Source: Antedon mediterranea (Eukaryota > Animalia > Echinodermata). From it: a stretch of DNA of 64,000 nucleotides. The position numbers and the translations under genes are program-made. Positions within the stretch are counted from its first letter, which is position 1; every line of letters begins with the position of its first letter. The DNA lies in assembly GCF_964355755.1 (NCBI RefSeq), contig NC_092674.1:5394001-5458000 (forward strand), given 5' to 3'. Under the pieces are notes generated by a model. It searched no databases and was not told the origin of the DNA. It worked only from the letters and a program-made list of their open reading frames with translations. Below, piece by piece: positions 36,439 to 49,019 of this stretch.

Positions 36439-37499
36439 TCAGACCACACACCTGACACGTCCGTTTTAACAAAACATTCACAAAAAAATGTATCGTGTTT
36501 AACATAGCTTGAAGCATTAATAGCTGTGTGATGACAAAAAAGATGACGTAACATTACTTCATCGACCCAGTTTCAAGTGTTATTTAGTAGTATCATGTTT
36601 GGTTCAACTTATGTTCGTGAAGTTTTCTCTCCTGACACAAACTATATAAAACAGCCAGAAATAAAATTACAGAGCTTTTTCTCATGCAACACACGCTAAC
36701 CCTTCCTCAGTACAAGATAATATAGTCAACCATGATCTATCTTACCTACCCATAGACCTAGCCTACATGCAGAAGGTTTATAAAAATGATAAGTTTGAGT
36801 CTAGTAAAAATATTTGGTAAAGAGAAAGTTTCAAGGATTTGCTACCTCATACGTTACCATGGTATGTATATATGTTTCTGTAGGCCTAAATATCAATAAT
36901 TCAATTTTAGCCCATGTGGCATGTGAAGATATTATAAGCCTACGAAAAATCGAATCTTATTAAGGATTTTTGATTAATAGAACAGCCTACATGAATGATA
37001 ATTATTAAAGATGATTACCCAAAAACATTATGAAAAAATTAATTTTGAAAAGACTTTTTGATTCGTAGGCTATTTCGCAGTTTTAATAAAGTTAATCACT
37101 TCTGTAAAAAACCGATTTAACAAATTAGGCTATGTTTTCATTTATAAAAAGACAAAATAAATCGTTAAATTCAACCAAAAACTCTTGACTTCCAGTTACA
37201 TGTTTTGGTATTTTAAAAGACGGGTCATGTGCCAATTAGTTCAATTGGATAATAATTTAAAATGTTTGCTTTATTTATTTTTAGAAAACTTTCCATACAT
37301 ATGTAATTGTATGCTAGTAGACCATGGATCCCGCCATAGATAGGCCTAGGCTACATGCATTATATTTCACGTAGGCCAGGCCTAACATAAATCGAGAATC
37401 TTGGGCCTAGGCCTTCTCTGGGCCATTGTTCGTGAAGAAATTGATTTTATTTTTTTCATTAGACCTATCTTCTCAACTCAATCATATATCTAGGTCTAC

Positions 37500-37750
37500 T
37501 TTGTATTTCGACTAGGAATTGGTTCCGCGGCCACGCCCTTTCGTGAGTGGTTGATTTTTAATACATTTGCTTTGACCACCACCACGTGCAAGGAGTTTTA
37601 CGAATTGAATTACCCACAATGCAACCCAAGACTTTCTAATCGAGTATGTAATGGCGTCGTTTTAATTTGTGGTGTACGAGAGGGGTACATCAAATATTCA
37701 CAAATTTCACCATTTTAATCGGCAAAATATGCTTTTATTTTGTTTCACAG
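37500..37750 (+). promoter_or_regulatory. probable MGA promoter / non-coding first exon
   Basis: CCACGCCC (KLF/Sp-type), CACGTG 37583-37588, TACCCACAATGCA 37611-37623 (ZNF143/SBS-type), AATGGCG ~37650 (YY1-type), donor-like CAG|gttagt at 37750; local CpG enrichment. Confidence 0.55.
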
Positions 37751-38697
37751 GTTAGTTGAATAATGTTGTAATGTATATTTGGACCAAAATGTGCATGAGT
37801 ACATGTATTTTGGAAGTTTTCTTGAATTTTCTCTGAACACATGGTAGTTGTCTCGATAATTTTTTTTCGCGGTTCTCCGACACTGTTTTTGTAGATGGTG
37901 GCGATACACAGTGACTATATCATGACATATTCCTCGTTAAAACAACAATATGAGTATGTTTAATATGTCATATAAAATCAATGTAAATTTTTAAAATAAT
38001 GTATGGTTATTGTAATACAAAACTATAGTTAAATGCTTCGTTTCCAACAATAACAATCGCCGATCTATTGACGTAGTGCGACGTGTATGCCGCCGATGCC
38101 TAGGCCCCCAACAACAATGCTTTACGACACACACACGCAATGCATGCGTGTTTATGGAAATCGATCGATGTCTACGATTTCTTTTATTGTATAAAGTTTT
38201 AATACATATTTTATTTCATGTTATACTTTTAAAATAATTAACAAATAAGTGAATGTACCTAATAAATACAGTATGTTGTTATGTCATTGATTTATAAATA
38301 ATTCAACGTGCATATAGTTGGTCGCTAGCTAGGCTACCGAATTGTTTTCTTGGACACGTAATACAATCGGGTAAATGCTGCCCACTTACGGCGGTTCTAT
38401 TTTCAGGACGATTGGACCCGTTTATGGTTCATTTTTGTTTTCAACACTATTATTAGTAGTATTAGTACTTTATTTTATTTTCTGATTATTTTTTATTCTT
38501 TCATTAATTGTTTTAAGTAAGTTATGGATTGATTTTTTGTCATACTAACTATGGTTGAAAACACATAGGCCTATTTATTTTATTTTTGAATTTAGTATAT
38601 AAACTTTTTTATATAATATTATTAACTTATATAAAAAAAAAGTTATCTACCATATTTAAACTGGTGTGTATATCCCGGGTGGGTTGTATTACTTTTA

Positions 38698-38856
38698 AGC
38701 CGATTTTCCACTAGGCGAATTTGTTCGCGCGAATCGAAGGGGTCAGCTAAAACGCATGCGTAGAGAAGGATTTGGAAGATGTAAACATGAATACACATGC
38801 GTACAAGCTGGCACGTTCGATTCGCGCGAAAAAATTCGCCTAGTGGAAAATCGGCT
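38698..38856. mobile_element. MITE (Harbinger-like)
   Basis: ~41-bp near-perfect TIR AGCCGATTTTCCACTAGGCGAATTT.., TTA TSD. Confidence 0.85.
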
Positions 38857-39735
38857 TTATTCATTAATTTTTTCTCTTTTTATTTGTGGTTAATACAATA
38901 TCATGTTTTGATTTAATCGTACATGATAATGAAAATAATTGTCATTTTCTTTTCTTTTTTATTAATATTTTTTGTTTTCTCATATCAGTCGGAATTTTCT
39001 GTACAAAATTGTTTTATTAAAACTTTCCTAATACTAATGATTGTAATGTTATATACTACTATACAATATCATTTCAACCATTGTTTTTTAACATAGAGGA
39101 AATCTGCACTCAAGGGTTATTGATTATTAGTAAAAACATAGAAACAATTGTACAGTGTTAAGATTACAGTATATTCTAGTTTTGTATATGAACAATGTTT
39201 AATGCATATTGTCTGTTTATTATTGTTTTACCATTCACCTATACACCCCCTCCCCCTTCTGACAATCATTTTTGTTTTAATTCTTAAATTAACAGTATAT
39301 GTAGTATAATCCCATACATAATTTAGGCCAATATCAGCCCACAAGAGTGGTGAATTCCATTGTTACTGCAATTTGTGTGTAATTCATCCATATTAAAAAC
39401 ATGTAGCACCCTCTAAAATGTGCCCTCTATTGTTTGGCCACACTCCCGCAATTTAATTTTTTCAACTTTGTCTTTATTTGGCAACAAATTTTTATTAACA
39501 ATTTTTGTAAATGTAGAATCACTTCTTCCTAGGTTTTCCTTCCTAAACATAATTGTTCACAGTTGGATGCACACCCTGTTGTTTTAGTTTTACACACAAC
39601 AAACATTTAAATATTTAACAACCAACACATATATTTACTGTAATCAAATATAACATAAATTTATAAAATGTCAAATTTATAAACACACAAAAACTCAATG
39701 CTTGGTAATAAACTGGAAATTAATTAATTAATTAA

Positions 39736-40117
39736 GAGCGAGTCATATCGCCGAGCGGAGCGAGTCATATGGCCGAGCGGTTAAGGCAGAGGCGCCGTTT
39801 ATCGTACCTAAAGAGCCAACAACAACATCGGCAAGGGTTCGAGGCCGACTCGCTCCTAGTTCTGGTGGTGGAACAAGTCTTCTTGGATAAGGACTATAAA
39901 CCGTAGGTCCAGTGTACACAGTTATAACCTGTGTGTACTTTAAAGAACCCAGTTCATTATTCGAAAAAGAGTAGGGGGTTACCCCGGTGAACTGGTTCAC
40001 ACAATAGCCTCCGTATCAGGGGGATTACCACCTATCTGATAGGACAGTGATTAATTCACTATTGGTAATCCTTGGCCACAGTGCCTAAAGACATAAAATA
40101 AATAAATAAAATAAAAA
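39736..40117 (+). mobile_element. tRNA-derived SINE with Deu/Nin-like central domain
   Basis: A box TGGCCGAGCGG 39770-39780, B box GGTTCGAGGCC 39836-39846, central GGATAAGGACTATAAACCGTAGGTCC..TAAAGAACCC..GAGTAGGGG, (AAAT)n tail, 22-bp 5' duplication. Confidence 0.8.
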
Positions 40118-40286
40118 TTATGTATTACAAACAGGGAAGATGAGAAAACCGTTGAGAATTAGAAAAAAGTTGGCCCAATTGACAGGCCTGGTTTACACCT
40201 CTACTCCAGAAAATTGTATAGTAAGTACTGTATAAATTGTTATTCTTTTATTTACAGATGCTTAAATTGGAGAATGTTACAAGAAA

Positions 40287-43200
40287 ATGTCTTCTGTTGG
40301 TTTTCCATTGATAGTTGGACACTCTGTGTCAGGTTCTGCAAACCATTTTGAAGAAACGTTGATAGAGAAAGATTCTGATGAGGTAGCATTGAGTTCAGTT
40401 GATGAGGCACAAAAAGAAGCAATGGACAAAGATGCACCCATTGAGTTGATATCTACAGATGATGGTGTGACTAAAGTTTGTATTAAATCACTTTCTAGAT
40501 TACCACACTACTCTTCAGAAATGTCAGCGCACATGGAAGGAAGTCCTGATGAAGAAAGGATGTTGCAGGATAATGGTTACATAGATGAAGATGTTCACAA
40601 TTATTCGAATGATGACTCTTCTCAAATGAATGGATTTGAATGTGTAGACCATGATGACGATGTGTTGGCAGTGGTTGATTTTGATGGAGAGGTTGTCCTT
40701 CCAACTGATAATGTGGAGAGAAAACGAGAAATAGAACCTGGTGAACCTATGTTAGAAGATGTTTTTGAAAGCAACACAGATGAAAATATCTCGCCTTTTG
40801 ATCAAAGACAAAATATCTTCTCTACAGATCTATATGAACATTTGCCAGAGGTCGAGCACAGCATTGGTGAAATCAATTCTAATAACATAAATGGTCTTCC
40901 AGAAGATGCTGATGAAGAAATGTTAATACCAGAGTTTGCGGAGTCAATTTCAAATGATCCAAACCAATGTATTCTGGTGGTGAAACAGGAAGATGATGGT
41001 AATTCTGAAAGAAACATATTTGAATCGGTTAACGATAACACTACCTCCTCACACCTTTATTCTGAATGTATTCCTCCTTTGCCAAGTTTGCAAAGAATGC
41101 CATTTGTCAATTTGGAGCTGTTTACAGAAAATTCTGTGTCAGAAAATGCAAGTATGGAATATGAAGAAAGACATACAAATTCAAATGATTTCTTATCAAA
41201 ATCGCCTTTACCAAAAATAAAAATGGAACCAACTGAACCCCCCCAAATTGATTTTTTTGGGCAGTCTTCAATTAGAAATATCTTTGAAGTTTTCAATGCC
41301 GACCATGATGTAAAATCAGAAGAAGATAAGGTGGAAACCGAGCAAAGTCCAACTAAAAACGATATAAACATTAATGTTGGAAAAAAGAAAAGTGTGATTT
41401 ACTCTACGTTAAAAGAATTACAACACAAATATCCTAGTTTGTATAAAGAAAAAGCCAATGATAGAGAATCCAGTTTTGAAGAGGGCTGTTCAAATCAAGA
41501 GACTGTATCGGAACTTTCTCAGTTCATCAGCAATGTATCTGTTAAGTTAGAACCCTTAGATCTTCCAGATGGAATAACGATGAATGCTGAAAACAGTGTT
41601 GATGGCTCAAAACCTGAAAGCAGAAGAACAGACAGTAATTTCTTCAGCAGTTTGAAGCAATCAAACTTTTCCTTGGGAAAAACAAAAACCAATACAAACT
41701 ATGACTTTGATGATTTTTCCACAATTGAATCATGTAACTCAAGTGATTTTAATACTTATGGCACAGGAAGCCTGTTTACCAGAAATAATAATGAAGATTT
41801 TGTTCCTGATTTTGACGAAATTGATGATATAATGTTTATTTCATTTTCCACTCTAGATTCCCTAGAAGCACATGTTGAAATTGAAAAACAAACTCAACAA
41901 CCTAGAAATAAGCACAAAGATCTACTGGAAGACATTTCTAACTTTAAAACAAAATCTAAATCTAACAAACAAAAAAGAAAAAAGGCAAAACGAGGCGCTG
42001 GTGTCAATCATGGTTACAGAGGCATCAATAACAAGATCCTCTTGTATGAACGAATGCTATGTGAGGAACTTGGTAAAAGGAAACATCACCAAATGATACA
42101 TCCAGACCTTAAAAAAGCTGGATTAACTCGCCTTAGCCAGTCTCCTGATAAACGCTATAATCTAGACAAACTTGGAGTAAAGCTGGACATACCAAAAACT
42201 GCACCTTTGAGCATTAACAAAACATCTACTAGTAAACCTAAAGCTACTTCAAGAAAGAAGTCTTCAAAATCAATTAAATTAAAGAAACCTGCAACTTCTA
42301 CTCAAGTACCATGTACTTTGACAACACCGTTTGAGACTGTAAATGAGACAAGTGAACCATCAACATCGCATTCGTCACTAACTGCAGATCCTGGAAAAGT
42401 TAGACTGCCGGTATCTGAGAGCAAACCATTTAAACCATTTGAGCTTCCTCTGACATCCAAAACGTCAGCATTTGTAAGCAAAGAATTAGATGAATACCTT
42501 GATAAACTGCAAGACATAAGTTCTGTTTTAACCGATTCAAAACTTACTGCAACTCCTGTGTCATACTTCCACCCAGATAAGCCACAGAGTTATGTTCGAA
42601 CACTTGATATGGTATTAAATAGACGGAAGAAAAATAACAATCCAAGTAATACAGGATCAACTTGTGACTCACTTGTTTATCCGTCTACTTCAGAATGTGA
42701 TTCTTTTAGAAACAAACCTTCAGAGAAACTTGAATCTAAGAAAAAAGTTAAAAAGCCTAAAGTAAAGAAAACTCCTAAAAAAGTTGTTCATGAAGATAGT
42801 GATGATCCCATGGACAGAATGCAAAAAGAACTTCTTGAACAGGTGACATGTACATCACCTGTGCATTCAGATTCTGGCAGTGAAACCTTCTATGGTTTTA
42901 CTGATTTGCATCCAGATTTATCTGATAATAGTGACGAAGATTTCAATCAGGGATTTGAAAATGAAAAATCAGATTTGGACAGCCCAACTCTACCATTTTG
43001 TGGCAAAGCTTACTGCAAACTTGGTTGTCTTTGTGGAAGTATTGAAGGAAATCGGACTGTTTCTCCAGGTGTATCTCATTGTAGAAAAATAGACTGTATG
43101 TTTGGTTGCACATGCGACTCATCATTGGTGTCGTCTAATCAGAATCAACCCATCTTTGAATTCCAAGGAACAGTTGATACAGAGTCAATTAAAAAATCAA

Positions 43201-46200
43201 ATTCAGCTTCAAATCTAACACGGTATGAAACTTCTTCGAGAACAAGAACATATATAAGTAGACCAAGAAAGAAACATTGCTCTTGTATTAATAGAAGATA
43301 CCATATGCATGATCACTTGAAAGAGAATAAATTAAAAGAATCGGCAGTTCCACTAGTTGTTTATCAAATCCCTGCAAGTAATGGTTCAAACCAGCTAGTT
43401 GCTGTTCCTGCACCACAAGTCAGAAAAGAACCTGTAACTGCCTCGGAGAAGTTGGCTCACGCAAAGAAACTTGGAAATCCAAGCAATGTATCTTCGCCCC
43501 TCGTTCTTTCGAAAGATAAGATGGGTTTTATGCTTACTCCAGTTCTTGCAGTCCCTCCACAAAATCCAGTTGTAGAACCACCGAAACCTAAACCTAAATC
43601 AAAAAAGAGAAAAGGTGAACCACAGAGAGTATCTCGTAAAAGAGTAAATAAGACAAAGCAGTTTCATTTCACAAATTCACTTTTAGCACCAATGCAAAAG
43701 GGGGTAGGAATTTCAAATATTTCAGCCCAGCCTATCCAGTCTTCCTCGGGTGTTATTCCTACTACATTTATTTCACAAACTAGAGGTAATGTGTTACCTT
43801 TCAGTACAACATATACAAATGTCACAGCAACACTTGTATCATCATGTATAACACCAACCGTAAGTAGTGCCCCTCTTCAACCTTTAAACACTGTTTCACT
43901 TCTACGAAAAGTGCTACCAAAACAACAGCCGACTGTTTCAGGATTTGCAGAAAGACTTAAAGAAACCTCATCATCTACTGATTTAAACGTAATCAAGAAA
44001 GCTGTTTCACTTCCACAAAAATTGCTGCCAAAACAACAGAAGCCGACTGGTTCAGGATTTGCAGAAAGACCCAAAGAAACCTCATCATCAACTGGTTTAA
44101 ACACAATCAAGAAAACTGTTTCACTTCCACAAAAAGTGCTGCCAATGCAACAGAACCCGACTGTTTCAGGATTTACAGAAAGACCCATAGTAACCTCATC
44201 TGACTTGACTGATTTAAAAATAATCAGGAAAACTGTTCGCGAAAAATTAGCTGCTATCAGGAATCCACATTCAGCCGCTAAAATGAACTTCATTGAAGCA
44301 GTAGCTTCATCAGTAAAAAAGAAAAATGCAAGTAACACTCAACAAAAGATTTTGATTCCTATTGATTTGGTGCCAAGGCATTTAATACCAAAAGATCCAC
44401 TCTGTATACAATTAAGGAATCCTATTGCTGTTGAGGGTAACACAAGTGCAACAACTACAACAGAAAGTACATATACAATTGCACAGGTAAGCTATTTTTT
44501 TTTAAATGCTGCTGTTAAATATGCCTTTATATGGTAGTACTGTATCTCATTTCAAATGTGACATCTCACTACAAAGTAAGTCAAAATGTTCTTATAGTAC
44601 CAGCCATTTTGTGGTGAAAGCTCACATACAGTATTGCACATGTTGAGTCTGATTTTTATCTATTATATTAAAGCTTGATTTTTTATTTTGTCAGTCCTAT
44701 ACTCCGCAGTTATCAGTTGCAGAAAAATCAACTATTGTATTAAAAGAAACACCAAATCTTCTTCATTCTACTGGCGAGCAAGACAAAACATTGGTAGTTA
44801 ATTCAAGTAAAACTGAACAGAAGAATCTTGCTACACCACAACTTAATCCAACATTTATTGATTTGACTGATGATTCTGCTGATAGAAACGGTTCTAAAAA
44901 TTTAGATGAAAATTGTTTGGCAATTGGTGTAATGCCATCACAATTACCCATTGAAACAATTGATGTGAAAATCAAACAATCTTCTAGTGATGGAAGTTTG
45001 GGTGTTGACCCAGCATCAAATGTATCTCAAAAATCCAACAAGTCTCCAAGTAAAGCCCAGCGTTGTATAGATAAAGTTGTACGTTGTAGATCCAGGTTTC
45101 CTAAAAGACCCTGGCAAATGACATCTTTGATGGTGATGAATAAGACATTGAAAGACAAAGGTCATCCAGTTCTAATTGATATCAATTCAAATGAAAATTG
45201 GCAGAAGGACAAATCAGTTATTGTGAGTTCTATTTTGCAAAGTTCTTTACAAGAGACCATATCAACAAAAGTTGCTGGTTTTACTGTATTCCTTTTCTAT
45301 AGTGATAAGACAAGAACAGTTCACCTTAAAGGAGGTAATGCTATGAGTGGAAAACACAATGTTAAAGTTATTACTGTGTGGGTTTTTGTACCAAAAGTTC
45401 CTATCAAACTTTCTAAAAGATCTCCTAAAAGAACAAATCTTGATAAAATGGAAGCATGTAAAGATTCAGATTTTAGAAACGATGATGATGACTGCAAGGT
45501 TATAGGCATCATTAAGAATGATGCCACCAATACTAAAGATAGTCCTAATATTGTCAACTGTGCTATGGCTGAGATACAAGATCTTGTAAGTGATAGTGAA
45601 AACCAAGACAAAGTGGCTGAGAGGTCTGCATTCAGTGATATTTATAAAAATTCTGGAAATATACCAGATTCAGAAGTGGTTGAACAAGTAAATTATTCTA
45701 CAGTTAGTGATATTGAAGAGATCAACAGTGGTAACAATTCTGATAGAACTGAATTGAAAGAATGTTCTCCTCAAAGGAAAAGAAAGAAGATTGAATCTCC
45801 AAAGAAACCACATGAAAAACAGAGAAATATAGAAAATTCAAATCAAGATACGAGTTACCAGAACAATTCAAATATCTTTGAAAAAATGGAGTTAGAGATG
45901 TTAAAGCAACCGCAAATGAACCGAAAAGATAAGACAGAAAGTATACCTATTGATTCCAAAATTTGTAGCAGTGATTGTGTCCAGTCACTGATATCTAATA
46001 ATGGTGTCAGTGAAGAGTTAGAAGTTTCCAAGAATGATTTCTCTGGAATATTAAAAATGAATCTTCAAAGTTCTGTTTCTGAAGCAGGGATGCATGCTAT
46101 CAAAGATACCCAACCAATAGAAACAACACCAAGTGAGAGGTCGAAGGTTGAAGATGGTATTCAAGAGTTTGATATCAAAATTGCTGATGATGTTGATTTG

Positions 46201-49019
46201 CTAGATATTGGTAATTCTGAAGCTTCTGAGAATGTCATAATAAATAGCCATAGATTTAATAGCAGTAATCGTTCTAAACCTACTACTGAATTAAAAGATC
46301 AGGAAGTCCCCCAACTTACATTCGATCCAGAAATACCTTGTAAATCAGAAATGGATGGCGTCAATGATAATTGCATAGAAGATTCTTTAAAACCTGACAT
46401 AGCTTGTAAAAAGAACATAATTAATAAACTCAAAGAAACAACCAGTCATTTCAATGCAAATTATTGTGATACAGAGAGTAATTTTAAGAATAACATGGAA
46501 AATACTAATGATGAGCTAAAACAGGAGGATGTTCAGTACAATACTTCTGGTGAGTTGCATGTTGAAGAAACAAAGAAAACCAAAGGTACACCTCATGCAT
46601 CAGAAGATTTGCTAGCTCAGAGCATTAAAGAAACATATGAACAATGGCACAAAATTATAAATGGAGAACAAAATTTATCTACCTCTGTGGAGAATGAACC
46701 CAAAGATGTAGTACCTAAACAAGATCCTAAAGAAAAAGAATCCATCAAAGATGTTAAAGGAACAACCTTTACTGAATTAGAAAATAAAGAATGCTTAGTT
46801 GATGAACCAGTTCTTGATGATTTGTTGAAACATGATGACATTCAAATAGAGGAAGAATCAATATTCGAAAGTAGTAACAATACTGACATTGTCAAAGTTG
46901 ATTCTACTTTCATTGATTTGACTGGAATTTCAAACAATGGAAAATCAACGGATTTAGAGCATGAAGTTACTGATAACTATGCTGATCTAGATTGTAATCA
47001 GTTTATAGATGTAGAAGGAACTAATATTGATACTGAAGATTTGACTTGTGAAATTCCAGTTGTTGAAAGTGAACCAATTGAGAAGTTAAATACAGTTATT
47101 GATATTGATGGAACCTGTGTACCACTTGAATTTAACATGGAAGACAGTTTTGAAAATGATCAAAATCGAAGAAAGAGTGGAAGAGCACCAATTAAGTCTT
47201 GGAAGTTAGCAGAATCACAAACAGAATTAGAGCATACTCCAAAAAAGAAAACCAAGAAAAAGAAGAAAAGCAAGGATAAAGATGGTAACGTTATCCAGAA
47301 ATCCCCTGAAAAACTTGTCATAAAGATGGTGTATGGTGAAGTTCCATATATCCACAGTCCACCAGTAGCATCAACATCAAAACGCAAACGTAAGGATCTT
47401 GGTGTTGAAAGAGGAACACTTGACCAACAGTTGCAGAAATTGGTCGCAGAACGTTCAATAACTGAGGATGTGTCAAGCAGCTCAGTACGACCCAAACAAT
47501 CCAAAATTAAAGAGCAGAAATCAATTGTAGATGTTTGGCGATTAACTGATGAAGAGGTCGGAGTAGATGTGGCACCATTTAATGAAAGTGATGACAATCA
47601 TGACGATGAAATAATTGATGTTGAAGGGAATTATGAGATTAAAAAACCTGAATTTGAATCAGATTATAACATTGTAGAAGAACGTAAGAAACAAAAGGAA
47701 AGAGATTTAGCGTCGTGGAAGCCTCCATCAAAGAATATTATTTGTGACCTTGCTTCTGGAACCCTACACCCACCATCTGGGAAAAGCAAAAAAGGCAGGA
47801 AAAGCGAAGTCAAGGGTGCTTTCCATGACATGAGTCAGTTTCTTGGTGAACCACAGTTTATGGAGTCTGTCGTGGCATGTGTGGATGATGAAAATCTACA
47901 GCCAGGAAGGGTAAGTTAGTCTTCATTATATAACACCTAAATAAATGTCTTTGATTTGATGATTGTGAGTCACATGGCATGCGATAGTATGTATTACAGG
48001 TTCTAAATGATAGATTCTAGGTGAAAATAACCTGCTTCACTCCCTGTTTATCATCTTACAAAAGAGTATCATCTCCTCATCATAAGAACAATTTGTTGCT
48101 CTGAAAAATATTTTATTTTTAAATAATAACAGTTTTCAAACTGAACAGTGTCTAGTAGCCAATAATATTTTTATTTTTTTATAATTTCCACAGCTTGTTC
48201 ACAACATCAAAGAACGGCAAAGACGGCACTTTTTAGCAACGCAATTTAAGACACTGAAAGAAGTACTACCTGCGACAGCAAGTTCAAAACAAGCCGTCTT
48301 GGGTGAGGTATGTCATCATGCCACAATGTACTCTTTCTATCCTTGTTTCTTAATCTCTTCAGTTTGAGCATTTATTTGTTCTACAAATATTTGATATTTC
48401 GATCTTCCATACACATGGGGTATCAAAATGGCTGAAATTGGGTGGGCAATGTTCTTAATTAATTAAAAATGTGCTTGTGAAAGTCAGCATATAAGATAAT
48501 TAATGTTTTTTCTTTGAAGTTATATCTTGTTTTTGTATTACTTATACAAAATGTTTTCCTGAATTGAAATAAGTACTAATTGAGATGTTTCGTTTTTTAG
48601 GCATTGACTGAAATTATTCAACTAAGAAATGACGCTTCCATATTAATTCGGAAAAAGTCCAAACTGAATAAAAAGCACAGACGTCTTAAAAAGAAATTTA
48701 GCGTTCTTCTTGGTAAGTGACAGAAATTATTTTTTTTAAATGTTATTAAGTATTGTAACACACCTGAGGATATCTCTGCCATTTAAATTGTTAAATTCAC
48801 AACACAGACTGTTTGGTATTAGTGATGATATTCGGTACGGTGCATAATGCACGGTGCATAATATTCGGTGATAATAGTTCTAATGCACGGCTCCACCTTA
48901 AAATAGAGCAATCAATCTTTTAACTCATGAATCTTATTTTCCCAGGATTGCCTGCTGCAGAAGAAAAGGGTGCAACTGTTGAGCCATCAACTTTGGAAGA
49001 AGACGTTACAGACGTTTGA
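40287..49019 (+). CDS. MGA: MGA-like (MAX gene-associated) protein, ~2571 aa, Cys-rich MGA domain + bHLH-ZIP, no T-box
   Basis: Exons 40287-44486, 44695-47910, 48194-48307, 48601-48712, 48946-49019 splice in frame (7716 nt). PFCGKAYCKLGCLCGSI..HCRKIDCMFGCTC at 42993-43115 resembles the MGA conserved domain (DUF4801); LVHNIKERQRRHFLATQFKTLKEVL..SKQAVLGEALTEIIQL plus zipper is a MYC/MAX-network bHLH-ZIP. Confidence 0.85.
43890..44231 (+). repeat. coding tandem repeat, ~38 aa (114 bp) x3 in MGA
   Basis: Units start at 43890, 44001, 44115: TVSLPQKVLPKQQxPTVSGFAERPKETSSSTxLNxIKK. Confidence 0.9.

Noticed and set aside
43877-44338. 153-aa antisense ORF in MGA
   Set aside because: Shadow of the 114-bp coding repeat; no independent signals
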